Below the pieces are notes generated by a model. That model was not told the origin of the DNA and searched no databases. It saw only the letters and a list, made by a program, of their open reading frames with translations. A stretch of 64,000 nt of DNA from Chiloscyllium plagiosum (taxonomy: Eukaryota), in the NCBI RefSeq assembly GCF_004010195.1, contig NC_057719.1, positions 92,829,946 to 92,893,945 on the forward strand, written 5' to 3'. Below are positions 12,941-27,080 of the stretch, in pieces. Made by a program: the position numbers and the translations under genes. The number at the start of each line of letters is the position of its first letter. Position 1 is the first letter of the stretch.

Positions 12941-14419
12941 AGTGCGTAAGTTCATAAGGACAGAGGAGGTTCCAGCGTCCGTCTGTCTGCCAGACCGAGT
13001 GTATGGCTGCCTCAGTGAGTTTGAAGCACTGCAATGGGTCCATGCACTTTATGACTACTTTACTGAAGGATATTTCTGCTGTCTTAAACTGAGTGACAGA
13101 TATTGTATTGTGGGCTTATGAAACGTCACTGATCACCACCAAACATGTATGAGATAGAGTCCGGGCAATAATAAGATGCTGCAACAGGAAGAGGAACACG
13201 TAGCTCCACAGAAAACTCTCACCTTTGTCACTTATGTTCACTAGGAAAACCGAGGGGACCCAGACAAAGCACCTCTATATGCTACTACAACACTTCGCCC
13301 CACAATCGTTGTACCTGGCCGTGCACAAGGAGTAGTAGAAGAGTCTTTACCATGACCCACTGGGGCTCTGAACTCTAGGTTAAGACCAAAATCGTCTGAG
13401 TAGTGAGAGTCGCACCACATCAATGCATTTTCTACTGTTTTATTTGTGATCCTAACTTCCCTTGTTTTTCGTAATGAACTTGTTGAGAGATGTTATGACA
13501 CAGACCTGCAGCAGCTGTGAATGGAACTCATTCCTCTCCGCCCAGACTTATGTATATTTTCGTCGCATCACTAGGGATCGACTCTGACTTCCCTTGTTCC
13601 TTTGTGTTTCTCGTGCATAGCTGCTGACTCATGCTTAAATCAAACTCTGCAATTGGGAGAAAGGGCGGAATTGGATGTCCGAGCAGTGGCTCGACCTCCA
13701 ACCAGCATGAGTAATGAGGTAGTTTTGAAGCATTGACAGGGAGCGAACACTGCAGGATCAGCCAGAAACGGAAGAAATGAAATGGCTTGCAGGATTTACC
13801 ATACTCACTACATAGTAGAGCATTAAACCTCTCTAATAAATGAACGTAAGATTTTAAGAAATAGTTGAAATGTAGATCTGGTAATGTATGTATTTCCAAA
13901 CGATTTACACAATTCGAGTCAGAAACTTATTTTCAAATTCTCCGAGCGATTGATAATTTACATATCTGGCAGACATGGATGAGTTGTAACAAACCATCTA
14001 TTTCCATGCTGGACATCTCTATGTCTCCAAATGGACAGAATCATTGTTAATGGCTAATCGTTTACCCATGATTCTGTGTAGGTATGAATTTTCTCTATAC
14101 ACGCACTGATAAACACAGGCGTACGCGCAGTTTGGTTTCATGTGGGGTATGCACAATATCACATTGGTCAGGATTGTAAGGGAGATGGAGCAGCATTCTA
14201 TGGCGCTCAGTGCGGTGCGTGTGGGAGCTTCCCTGGAAGAAAGGAGCAGAGAGACTTCAAAAGCACCATGCATTGGTAGAAAACCCGAATAAGACCCTCC
14301 AATCTCGGGTAAGGAGCCCAGTTTCACGGCTGCCATTTGATTGACGGAAGAGGGTGCATGGGCTTCAGGGCCGCCATCTTTAGAAGGTCAAGGTGAATTG
14401 GGGGGGAGTAACGGTGTCT

Positions 14420-16250
14420 GTAATTCAATCGTGGCTAAGTGATGATCCATTTTTATGCATTAGTTCCACGAATATAGCTTCTCTGGGCGGTCTCCCAGCA
14501 ATACCGTCTCTAAATAATGCTTTGATGTTTCCCCCAATTAAAACCACCAGTCCTACTCTCTCACCTCACCTTTCATGCAGCATTTGTACCCTGGAACACT
14601 GAGATACCCGTCCTGTCCCTTCCTCAGCTGTGTTTCTGTAATACCCGTGATATCCCAGTATCACTTTCCCATCAATGCAATGAGTTAATCTGCCTCACCT
14701 GTCAGGCCTCTTGCATTAAAATAAATGCAGTTTAATTCGTCAGTTTTCCCTCATTGCCTGCTGTGTCCTTGCCTGACTCATCTATTTAAACTGTTTTTTT
14801 AAACCAGAATCAAAAGTTTTTCTGGCCTTACGAGTGTGTACTTTCCCAGCCCCCTGGCAGGCGAATTTAAATCCGGTCCAACAGTGTCCCCGTGACCTCT
14901 CAACGCTGCAATGACGTCATATTCATTATGCATGTCCTTGACTGTCGAGAGTTCCCAAAGTGCATTACATCACACTGATCAGAAGTAAATTCCACCTCCC
15001 ATTACTCTGCTCAGTTTATCATCTGATCGGTATTAGACTGTAGCCTGAGACCATTCGTCTCAGTGTGGACAACACCCACAACTTTCATGTCATCTCGAAA
15101 CGTGCTAATGATGTTTCCTGCTTTCAGATACAAATCAATAATAAACATAATAAACAACACAATACTGGTCCTTGTGGTACACTGGCTGATGAAAGGCTTC
15201 CAATCACAAAAACAATTCTCTACCAATTTTGGATCGAATTTGCCAACTTGTCTTGGATCCCATGGGCCCTTGCCTTTTGGACCAGCCTTCCATGTGGGGC
15301 CTTGCCAAAGGTCTTAATGAGCTCCATGGAAGCCACAACATCTTTACTGCCCTCTTCAATATTTTAGACACCACTTCAAAAAAAAATCAACTGAATTCAT
15401 CAGACAGGATTTTCATCTAGCAAATCGATGCTGGCTATCTCTAATTGATACCTGTCTTTCCACTTGTTAATATATTCTTCCTTCAGAATTGTTTCCAATA
15501 ATCTTTCTCCCATCGCTGTCAGACTATATGCTCTATAATTACCTGGCCTATCTCTGCCGCTCTTCTTGAACAACATCAGCTATCCTCCAGTCGTTAGCAT
15601 ATCACCTGTGGCCAACAATATGTCCACCAGGGCCGCGGCAATCTCCTCCCTTACCTCCCATAACAGTCTGGGATATATTTTATTGGGCACTGAGAATTTC
15701 CCCATCTTTATGCCAGTGAAAATATTTAATACCTCCTCCCCATTGATATTAACCTATTCTAGAACTTCACCATCTCAGCTTAAATCCCTGGCTACAATTG
15801 CTTTCTCATGCGTGAATACAAATGAGAAGTATTCATTGAAGATCTCACCTACTTCGTCTGGCTCCATGCATAGATTTTCCCTTTGGTTTCTGACAGGCCC
15901 CACTCTTTAGCTGGGAATCCTCTTACTCAACGATACTGAAAAAATACTTTGTGGCTTTTTCTTACGAATATCTGCAAAGATGATTTGTAACCATTTTTAG
16001 CCCTTCAATTTTAAGGATGCCGTTTTGTTCTCTGTACGTTTGACGGTCTTACCAGTTTTTATTGCACTGTATTTTCTTTATTAAGCTCACAATATCGCTT
16101 GATCAGCATTTGCTCGACTTGCTATCTTTGCCATGCACTCCTAGTGAAACACACTGGCCCTGAATTCTCACTGCATCACTTTCAAATACTCCAATGTTAC
16201 AAATATTGACTCGCCTGATTGCAGTTCCTTCCAGTCTATGCTGGCCAGTC
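14420..16250 (-). mobile_element. Decayed CR1 composite (endonuclease start fused to RT region)
   Basis: Antisense FRDD, ENCFCDWKP; paralogous to 25130-27080. Confidence 0.75.
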
Positions 16251-17059
16251 TAATGACAATATCTAGTAACAATGATAATCTAATGGCGTCCACAAGTTTA
16301 GATGCTTAGAGTTATAGTCTCTGTGGTCAAAAAAGCTACATAAATCCTTATCTCTATTACTTTGTCCAGTACCTTCTGCCCACCCAGTCTTTGTAACATC
16401 CCACAGCCCTTACCAATCTCCCCTACAGTTTTTCTGGCCAACTCTCCCTTTCTATAAAGGTTTGAAGCCACTGGACCTTCTGTATATCTATGATGTCACC
16501 ATGTCTGCAATCTTCTCCATCTCTGTGACCTCCTCCCTTCATTACAATGTTCCCTAACTCTAACCTTCTCCTGTTAGCACTTAACTTCATAATCGGTTAT
16601 CTCCTGCACACAGTGAAACCATCCTCTTGATTGCTGTAACCACTTCCAGTCCCTGAGACTGACTCTCTCTTTAACCTTGGCCAGTCAAGAGTACTTCCCA
16701 ATTCTGTAAGGATTGTAATCTCTCGGTGTTACTAACTTCACCCATTCTCAACAACCGTTCCTACCTCTGTCATTGTCTCGACTACTACATGGTGCTGGCC
16801 TGACAGTAAGCTGGGAATGTGCTGGAATATATTGTAATGGATGTGACGTGCAACAATAACTGTAGCATGATAAACAATTGAAGATTAATGATGTTATAAA
16901 AGGGAAATGTTTTTCATGATTCTTTTGGATTTTATTTTTTGCCATGGCTATAAATTGCAGAATAGATAAATGTGGAGGGAGGGTACTGGGATTAGGGGGA
17001 AGTGGTTCACTGCAAATTCTAGAAGCCTTCGGACAATGTGCAATTCAGACTGAAGTGCA

Positions 17060-18470
17060 AGTGGGGAAAGAGTAGGGCCCCTTAAAGATCAACCAGGCCA
17101 TCTTTGTGTGGAACTACTGGAAATGTGTGATATCCTAAATAAATTTTTCATGTCTGTGTTTGGTGTGGAGATTTTTATGGAAGCTCGGGAACTTGGGGAA
17201 CTAAATAACGATGTCTTGGAAAAAGATCACACGGGAGTACAGGCGATACTGGACGGTTCAGAATATAGAACATTCCAGCACAGCACAGGCCCTTCGTTCC
17301 TTGATGTTGCACCGACCGGTAAAATTAATCTGATGCCATCCAACCTACACCGTTCCATTATTATCCATATGTATGTCCAAAGCACATTTAAATGCCCTTA
17401 ACATCGGCAAGTCTACTACTGATGCAGGCAAACCGTTGCATGCCCCTACTACTTTCTGATAAATGTCATAAATCTATCATTTCTAATGTATAAAGATAGA
17501 TTAATCCTCAGGCCAAATTAGATGTATCCTGCGATGTTGTGGGAAGCGAGGGAGAATTTGCTGATCTATTTGTATCGTCAATCCTCACGGTGTGGTCCTG
17601 GAAGACGAGATGCTGGCTAATGTTGTTTCGTTAATGAGTGCTAGGAAATGCAGGAAATTACAGATCAGTGAGACTGACGTCGCAGGTGGGGAAGTTATTG
17701 GAGGAGATTCAGTGAGACAGGTTCTTCATGCATTTGGAAAGGAAAGGATTGATTAGGGGTCGTCAGCATGATTTTATGCTTGGGAGATCATGTCTCACAA
17801 ACGTGATTGAGATTTGAGGAGGTGAGGAAGAGATTGATTAAGGCAGAGTGGTTGACGTAGTCTGCATGGATGTAGGCATGGCCTTCGATAGGTTCTACAT
17901 GGCCGACAGAGAAATAAGGTTAGATCACATGGGATTCAGGGAGAGCTAGCCAACTGGCAACAAAATTGACATTTTGGAAGGAGACAGATGGTGGTGGGAG
18001 AGGTTTGTTGTTCTGACTGGAGGCCTTTGACTAGTGGTGTTGTGTCCGCTGTTGTTTGACATTTTTAAAAATGACTTGGATGAGAATATAGGAGACATGG
18101 TTAGCAAGTTTGGGTGACACTAAAATTAGTGAAATAGTGACTAATTTGACTAAGATTCCAAAGGGATGTTGATCAGCTGGGCCAGTGGGCAGAGGAATAT
18201 CAGATGGAGTTTAATTCAGATAAATACAAGGTACTGCACTCTGTTCCGCAAAGCCATTTCAGGACTGAAATCCTTAATAGTAGAGCCCTGCCTCTTATTG
18301 TCAGACACAGAGGCTGAGGGGTGCAGGTAGATAGTTTGTGAACATTGGCGTGACAGGTGGACAGGCTGGCGATGAAGACATTGGACATGCTTGCCTTGAT
18401 TGTTCAGAACATTGTGAATAAGAGTTGGGATATTATGTTGGAATTGTACAAGACATTGGTGAGGCGACCA
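17060..18470 (+). mobile_element. Decayed CR1 ORF2 with nested minus-strand CR1 3' tail (~17260-17460)
   Basis: GPLKDQ, QMEFNSDK, LELYKTLVR motifs. Confidence 0.8.
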
Positions 18471-18474
18471 TACG

Positions 18475-18670
18475 TTGTTGATTATCTGGAAAAAAAACCT
18501 GTTTCTCTTATGCCCTTTAGGGAAGGACATCTGATATTCTTCCTTGGTCTGGCCGACATGTGACGTCCAACCCGCAGCAATATGACTTGACTCTCACCCA
18601 CGTCGGGACAATTAGAGGTGAGCAATATTTGCTGGTCCATCCATTTATACTGTCACCCACAGAATGCAAA
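18475..18670 (+). mobile_element. SacSINE1/DeuSINE-like fragment
   Basis: CCCTTTAGGGAAGGA...GGTCTGGCC.ACATGTGAC Deu-domain-like sequence; paralog at 51125-51340. Confidence 0.65.
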
Positions 18671-20019
18671 CGGACAAGTATAGATATCCCTCCCTACCTC
18701 TGCAAACCCCTCCAGCTACTGCAATTAGAACTGGCTTTGCAACACCACTCGAGCCCTACACCTCTCTGTAACACTCTCACCTCCTCCAGCACTTTTTTTG
18801 AGAGGTTTTCTAACTCCTGTTGAGGTTCTGGATGCAGGTTTGCTCGCGGAGCTGGAAGGTTCATTTTCAGAGGTTTTGTTACGATACGAGGTAGCATCTT
18901 TAGTGAGCCATTGGACGAAGCTTGGCAATTGCTTGCTGAGGTTTTGTCTGTTGCAATGGAATGTCATTTTGCGGAATGTCTTCCTTCAAATGTTTTCCAC
19001 CATTCATTTACAGACGCGTATTTGAGTCTGTTTACCCTGTTTACCTTCGTCAGTTCGCCTCTCAAATTAATGCAATTGGCTTTGTCTCTGTTTCCAAATG
19101 TAACTTGTCCTTTCTTTAGTCAGTTTAAAACTGCAAAATTTCTTTGAATTTCACTTTATCACAATTTCCTGGAGAATTTACTTGAGTGGCATTAATCATT
19201 CACTCAGCTTCAGCACCTAATGGTCGATCTGAGATAGTTATATTCCTTGCTATTTGCACAATGTTTTGTTTAAAGAAACACTGGCAAAGCATCCTCTGAA
19301 CTCCTTCTTGAATATCATTGTTGCCAGCGTGACTGCCCCAGATTATATGAGGATCGAAGCCTCCCCAAAATTATAGCAATGCATTTGTGAATAATTCTAA
19401 TGAATTCCTGTTTAATGCAGTGATGAACAATGAAATGCTGTTTGGCAGCATAAAGCTACTCCTACTTGTATTTGTGACAGGTCGAAGCCAGAATTTGCAT
19501 TCAGCTTGATTCAGCTGCATCGCCTGAGGCCAAATGCTTTCTCTGTAATGCCTTTGTTATCCATTACTGTCAGGGTTACCCTTGTGCTTCTCTGATGTGC
19601 CTGATTTCGTTGTGTAACGTTGAATATTTATGTTCCACCTTTTGTTCACCATGCAACCATGTTTGTCTTGTGACTAAATCTCATTTATATTCATCTGTCT
19701 TATTGCGGACAGTTTGTGCATTCGGAAAAATAATGTTATAATTGTCTTTTTTACCACAATTTCCTTTCACAATCTTATTCACTGATGTACAGTTTTAGTT
19801 ACATTCTTTTCCTTCCTGTTCCTTACTGGTTGTCTTCAGCCACTTCACTATGCTGTTTTGATGCTTCACATTTTCTCTTTGGATTTGGAAAACTCTTTTC
19901 AACCGAACCCTGTCCCTGCATTCTCTCTGTCAGTTTAATGCCCTGTCCATAAAGTTACCAACATGATTGACCAGGACACTAATACCAACATGTTTCCACT
20001 GGGGCCCAGTGTAATGGGA

Positions 20020-20405
20020 TTTTTAAAAATTCACTCTTTGGATGTGTGTGTCTCTGGTTGCACAGCACTTCTTGCTGACCATTAGCTTCCCTTGGACTGA
20101 ATGGCTTGCTGGGCCATTTCAGAGGGTAATTGAGAGTCAGCCTGATTGATGTGAGTGTGGAGACACACTCTGGTTTCCACGCACGATGAGGATGGCAGAA
20201 ATCCTTTCCGAAAGACATGAATGCATCCGATGGATTTTGTTCTTCACATCAGCAATTGGTAGTACTCATTTGCAGGTTTTTAATTACGTATTTTTTCAAA
20301 GCATTTAATTCACTACCAACCATTCGTGATGGTGAGATTTTAATCACTGTCTAGAGAACATTAGCTGAGTTTCTGGATAAATTGCAATAATACCACAAGG
20401 CCCTC
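20020..20405 (-). mobile_element. SacSINE1/DeuSINE-like SINE, near full length
   Basis: Antisense GGCTTGCTGGGCCATTTCAGAGGG tail, Deu-like core and tRNA-like head near 20330-20400. Confidence 0.75.
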
Positions 20406-21394
20406 ACTTCACCTACTCACAGATGCCTCATTCGTTTGCACCATGAATCAAAACCCCTTCTTCCGACACAATTGTTTGATCCTCATATTTTCCTGCACTC
20501 TGGTGATGTCACCCAGATCTCTCAGCGTGGTTTCTTTCACTGTGCGGGTCTAATTTCTGCCTCTGTCAGCGCCTCTCGTTCTTGTAGCTAATCCAGATCC
20601 TGACCCAACAGAATTCTCCACTCCAGACAGCCGAGGCAATGCAAGGCAGGGATGGAGACTTGTATTTTCTAGATCTCTGTGGAACTCAGTGCCATTCTCC
20701 ACGTGTACCTATATTGCATCAGTCTAATTTGCCATGCTGTATATTTCTCTGTCTCCAGTAGGTACTCAGGATGTTCCTGGCTCATTAGACTTGGAAACTG
20801 CTGGGTGTATCGTCCATCACCTCATTGAAGATGGTTGGTCAGCCAGAGGGACAAAAGGAAGGGAGATCTGGAGCCTTCAATAAATCCTTGCAGCAAGGTA
20901 AGATCACTCAGAGTGAACAGAACAGAGAGCAATGAGAAGTCTCCAATTTCGGCTAATACATTATGACATTGATGCAGTGCAGGAGAGATAGCACAGCACA
21001 TACACACCCCTGTCTCAATCACTGCCCCTACTTTAAGTTTTGCTGTAATAAGACAGCATAGGGAGTTCACAGTTATCAATCTAGACCTGTGCTGTCTCAA
21101 TGAGTATCAGGACGACGGAGGTGTAAGCAGGCCTCCCACGAAGGATGGGAATTCTGCTTGGGAACTTTCTGTTCTCTGCTAGCTCTCCAACGCTGTATCT
21201 GTGGCATGTCTTGTGGACCAGTGTCTTCAATCATTCTAACTCCTATAATAGTTCATATTTCTGTCATCTCCTCCCCTCTCTACAATCCCGCCCCATCATT
21301 GAAACGTACTCCAACCCAGACTACCATCCCTATCTCTGTAAATTGTTTCAGTGTCCGCAACATGCCTTTTCTCAGTTGTCAGCTCTCCAATCAC

Positions 21395-24300
21395 TGGAGT
21401 CAGACAGCATGGAAATAGACCCCTCAGTCGAGCTCGTCCATGCTGACCAGGTTTCCGAAACAGAAAGAGTCGAATTTACCTGTGTTTGACTCATATCCCT
21501 TCAAATCTTCTCCTCTCCGTTCTCCAAATGCCTTTTACATGTTGTAAGATTCGCATTGCTGCCATTCCCCTGGTCGTCAGTTCTGACTCTGCATCATCCT
21601 CTGTAAAAAAACTTGCCTCCCTTTTTAAATCCTCGCTCTCTCACCTCACGTTTATGCCTTTAGTTTCGGACTCACCTCCCCTTGGTTATTCACCTTACCT
21701 ATGGCCCGCATGGCTTTAAAAACCGTTATAAGATCACCCCGTAGCCTTCTATAACCAAGAGAAACATTGAAGAGAATGTTGCAAACATCTCTAACTCATA
21801 TACTCAATCCTCTGTGTAATTAAGGCAAGTGTGCCAAATGCCGCTTCCATCTCCCTGTCCATCTGTGATGACCCTTCCGCGGGGTGGGGGGTGGCTTCCA
21901 CTTGTATAACTGAAGCCCGTGGTCTCTCTCTGTTCGGGAACACTTGCCAGGGCCCTACCATTAACTATGTTAGTCCTCCCTCGTTTATCTTTTAAAAAGT
22001 TCCAAATTGAACTCCATCTTTCATTCCTTAGCCCACTGCCTCAGTTGGATAAGATCCCCTTCATTAAATGTAGTGAATGCCCAAGCTCCCAGTTATCTTC
22101 CAATCTACAAAATAACTAACAGCAACTCCTATATTTTCACCTGAATAGTTTATGTATATGAGGCGCAACAGAGTTCCAGCACACATCCTTCCAGAACACC
22201 GCTGGTCACAGGCCTCCAGTCTGAACAACAAACCACGGCAACCGCCCTCTGTCTTTGACTGTGAAGCCCATTTTGTATCTAATTGGCTAGCTTTCCCTGA
22301 TCTCAAGGGATCTAACCTTACTAACCAGTGTACCATGCTCAACACTGTCGAAGGCCTTGCTGACGTAAGAATCAACATCTATTGTCCGGCCCTTCATCTA
22401 TCTTCTTCGTCACATCTTCAACAAACTCAGTCAAGTTCGTGAGACATGTTTTCCCACGCACAAAGCCATGCTGACTGTCCGTAACCAGTCCTTATCTTTC
22501 GAAATGCATATTACTCCTACCTCTCAGAATGACCTCCAATAAATTACCATCCATGATGTCTGGCTCATCAGTCTGTAGTTGTTTAGTTTCCGCTTGCAAT
22601 CTTTATTATATAAGGGCACAAAACTATTTTCATAATCATAGAGTCATACAGCTTGGGAACTGTTCAGTTGAGGCCCATCATAATCTAAAACTAATATCGC
22701 CTCACCTGCTTCTTCTTGGATTATATCCCTTCAATCCTTTGCTATTCCTGTACTAATCCAAAAAGTCTGTTAAACATTGTAATTGTCATTCATTCACTCC
22801 TTCCTCGGAAAGTTCATTCCACACGCAAACCACCCTCTGTATAACTATTTGCCCCTCATGTCTTTTGGTTTTAAATCTCTTTCTTCTAACCTGAAGAAAT
22901 ATAGCCCCTAGTCTTGAGACTCCCTCGTCCTTGGGAAAATAGATCTCCCATTAACTCTATCGATACCTATCATTATTTTATACATTTCTGTACAGTTTTC
23001 TCTCAACATACAGTGAAAAAGGTCCAGTTATATCCAGCCTTCCTTAATAACTGAAAACTTTTATACCCAGCAACATTCCCATAAATGTCATCTGAACAAT
23101 CTCCAGCTTAATACTATCCTTCCTGTAACTGGGTGACCATAACTTGACGCAGTATTACAGAAGAGGCCTCACCAATATCCTCTACAATCTCAACATGACT
23201 TTCCAACTCCTATACTCGAAGGACTGAGCAATGAAAGCAAGTGTGCCAAGCTCCTTTTATAACAATCCTGTCTCTCCATGTTGCAAACGTCGACGTATTC
23301 TGTGCCTCAACCCCAAGGTCCCTATGTTCTACAACACGGTGAAAGACAACACCATAAATTTTATAAGCTCTATCTTTGATTGCTGTAAGCAAAATGCACT
23401 ACTTCACGTTTATCCGGATTGAACTCCATCTGCAGTTTTTCAACCATTCACTTATTTCATCAAGGTTCCTTTCTAACCTTAGAAAACCTCCTTCGCTGTC
23501 CACTATGCCACCCTCCAGTATTCCAACACATCACACGTGGATATCAATGGTACAACTATCAGTGCTAAGCGCCCTAGAATTTCTTTCCCAGCATCCCACA
23601 GTGTTCTGAGATACTCTTGATCAGGTCCTGCGTATTTATCTACCTTCATGTGTTAAAATCTCCAGTACCTCCTCATCCATAATGTGGACTCATTTCAAGA
23701 CATTGAGTCATGGAGAAGTGCAGCACGGAAACAGAACCTTCAGACCAACTGCTCCATGACATTTCTCCTTCCATTTGCTTAGAACTTTGCCAATATCCCT
23801 CTTAACCCTTACTATTCATATACCCACCCAATGCCTGTTAAATGTATTTCTATCAACCGCCATAATATCTTCTCCCAGCTTATCAATATACGCACCACTC
23901 TCTGCAGGAGCCAGTTATCCTTTAGGTGCCTTCTCAATCTTTTCCGCCCTGCTAAAGCTATGCCCATTAGGTTGGACTCCTCCTGGTGAAAGGATCTTGT
24001 TAATTTCTTCTGAAACCTTTCAAGTTCCACAACATCCTGCCTATGGCATCGAGACCAGAACTACACACAGTATTCTAATACTGGTTTATCTAATCACTGT
24101 TTAGTTCCCTGAGCTCCCCAGTCTTTATCGACAGTAAGTTCCAAAGTTAATTATTTTTTTCAAATCTTGTGGTTTCACGCATCGTTGGTTTCGTTGATCA
24201 TTAAGGATGCTGACTTTTGACCCGAGCTATTCTTTTGCTCTTAGTACACTTGTAGAAACTCTTTGGATTCTGCTTAACTTTCTCTGCCAATGTTATTTCA

Positions 24301-27080
24301 TGTCTTCTTCTGCATTCCTGATTTCCATCCAAAGTATATTTCTACAGCCCGGATGCTCTTGTCGGGCTTCACTTGATTCGGCTGGCTACACCCGGCATGT
24401 GCACCTTTTTCTTGACCAGAGCCTCAATAGCCAGTGTTTCCTAATTCTGTCAGCATTGACCTGTACACTAACAGGAACATGCTGGCCCTGAAAGCTCATT
24501 TTGTCTCACACTTCAAATATTCCATTTGCCAGAATTCCATTTACCCACCAATATCCTCCCAAATCAACATTTTCAAAATATCATTTCTAATGCGATCAAG
24601 AATTGTCTTGCCCGATTTTATAACGTTAACTTGTGGATCAGGCCTGTCCTTCATCAAAGCTATTTTCATACTAATAGAATTGTAGTCACTTTGCCAAAGT
24701 TCTCCTTCACTAACACCTCAGACTTATGTCCTACCTTGTTTCCCAAGGGGAGGACAGATTTAGCCCCTTTCTCCAGTTGGGCCTTTTATATACTGAGTAG
24801 GAGTTTCTGGAACACCGTTAACAAATTCCTTCCATTCAAACTCTTAGCACAATGGCAATCGTAGTTTCTGTTTGGAAAGGTTAAAATTGCCTACTATTAC
24901 AAAATTATTATTCTAACAGAGTTCTGAGATCTCCTTACATATCTGCTCCTCAATCTCCCATTGACTATCACTGTAGTACAATCGCAGTATCATCGTAAAA
25001 AGTATTGAGCATTTATTTATTCCTCCATTTCACCAGCTTCGACAAACTAAGCAACCCCGTTCAAATATCTTCTCTAAGTACTTCTGTGATGTTTCCCACC
25101 GTCAAAACCACCCGCACTCCTTCTCTTTTGCCTTCTGTAATATCCTTCCTGTAGCGTCTCTCCCCGAGAACAATGAGGTCCCAGTCCTGTACCTCCCTCA
25201 GCTGTGTTTTTGTAAAAAGAATAATATCCTGGTCCCATGTTCCCATCCATGCTCTGAGTTGATTTTACTTACCTGTTAGGCGCCTTACACTGAAATAAAT
25301 GAAGTATAATTAATCAGTTTTCCATCATTGCCTGCTATGTTCATGCCTGCCTTGTCTATTCAAATTGCTCCCTTGAATATCTGTGCCAGACTCAAACATC
25401 TTTCTGGCCTTACAACCGTTGAGAGTCCGTAAGCCCGGCTAGAATTGTTTGCCTCCTCTGGAGTAGCTCTAGCCATTCTACCCAACAGGATATGGGTCCC
25501 AAGGGTCCCAGGATATGGTTCGTTCCTCATTACTCCACAAGGACCTACTGTGTATTATGTCTATCCTTCACTTATCATACCCCCCAAAGAGTATTACCTC
25601 ACACTGATCAGAAATAAACTTCATCTGCCATTACTGTGTTCAGTTTAGCATCTGATCAGAATTTAACCTGAGACCATCTGCCACACAGTGGACACAATCC
25701 TCATTTTTCATGTCATCTGCAAACCTACAAATAATACCTTCTGATTTCACATTCAAATCATTAATGCGCATAATAAATAAGAATGGATCCTGTCCAAGTC
25801 TCTGTGTTACACCCGCAGGCTAACAGCTTACAATCACAAAAACAACCTTCCAGCAATTGTAAATCCAATTTGCCAACTTGCCTTGAATGTCACTGGCTCT
25901 TCCCTTTTGAACCAGCCTTTCATGTCGGATCTTGTCAAAGGCCTTACAGAACTCCATGCAAACCACATTATCTGCACGGCCTTCATCAATATTTTTAGAT
26001 ACCATTTCAAAAATCTAGACTGAATGCATTCGACAGGATCTTCCTCTACCAACTCTGTGCTGACTATCCTTAATCAATCACTGCCTTTTTCGAAAATTTG
26101 ATCCATCCTCTCTCTCAGAATTGTTACCGGTAAGTTCTCTCCCAATGCTGTCAGACTGTCGGCTTTGTAATTACCTGAACAATCCCTGCTGCCCTTCTTA
26201 AACAAAAGAGCCATATTAGCTATTCTCCACTAGCTATACTTCCAGCTCGGAGAACAGAACCACAGCAGCATTCTTCAGTCATTCTGCATTTTGCCTGTGA
26301 TCAGCAAATTATTGAATATATCCGCCAGTACCGCAGCAAACTCCTTACTTACATCCCATAGCAGCCTGCGATGCATTTCATTGGAAACTGGGAATTTATC
26401 AAAACTTATGCCATTGGAAACTTTAAATACCCCCTCCTTATTGATCTTAACATTTTCTAGAACCTCGCCATCCCAACTGAAATCCCCTGTATAATGTCTT
26501 CCTCCTCTGTTAATACAGATGTGAAGTATTCATTGAAGACCTCACCTAATTCATCTGTTTTCATCCATAAATTTTGAACAGGCACCACTCTTCAGCTGGA
26601 AATCCTCTTACTCTAACGATACTGATAAAATATCTTGAGGCTTTCCTTAACAGTATCTGTCAAGGATATTTCATGGCCATTGTTTGCTCCTCATTTTTTA
26701 GGGCTCCCTTGCCCACTCTATACTTCTGAAGGGCTTCGCCTGTTTTATTGCACTGTATTTTCTTTATCAAATTCACGATATCACTTGATCAGTATTCACT
26801 GGACTTGTTGGCTTTATCATTCATTGTTCATGGTACACACTTGTCCTGAATTCTCAATTTATCATTTTAAAATAATCCCACTTTCCGATTGTAGACTCAA
26901 CTGCAATTGCTTCCTCCCAGTCTATGTTTAACAATTCCTGTCTAATGGCAGTGATAACGTTCAGTGATAGTGATAATGTCATGGTCAGTGGCCTTCCCCT
27001 AATTTAGGCACTTAAACTCTGCACGTTCCTGATCTCTTTCCATCATGACTTCAAAATTTATAGAATTATGATCACTATTC
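21395..27080 (-). mobile_element. Stack of nested, decayed minus-strand CR1 fragments
   Basis: Repeated 3' tails (21395, 22635, 23705), MEFCKAFDK (ORF 25820-26005), ELERFQKK, WDQDIILFTKT endonuclease start. Confidence 0.8.
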
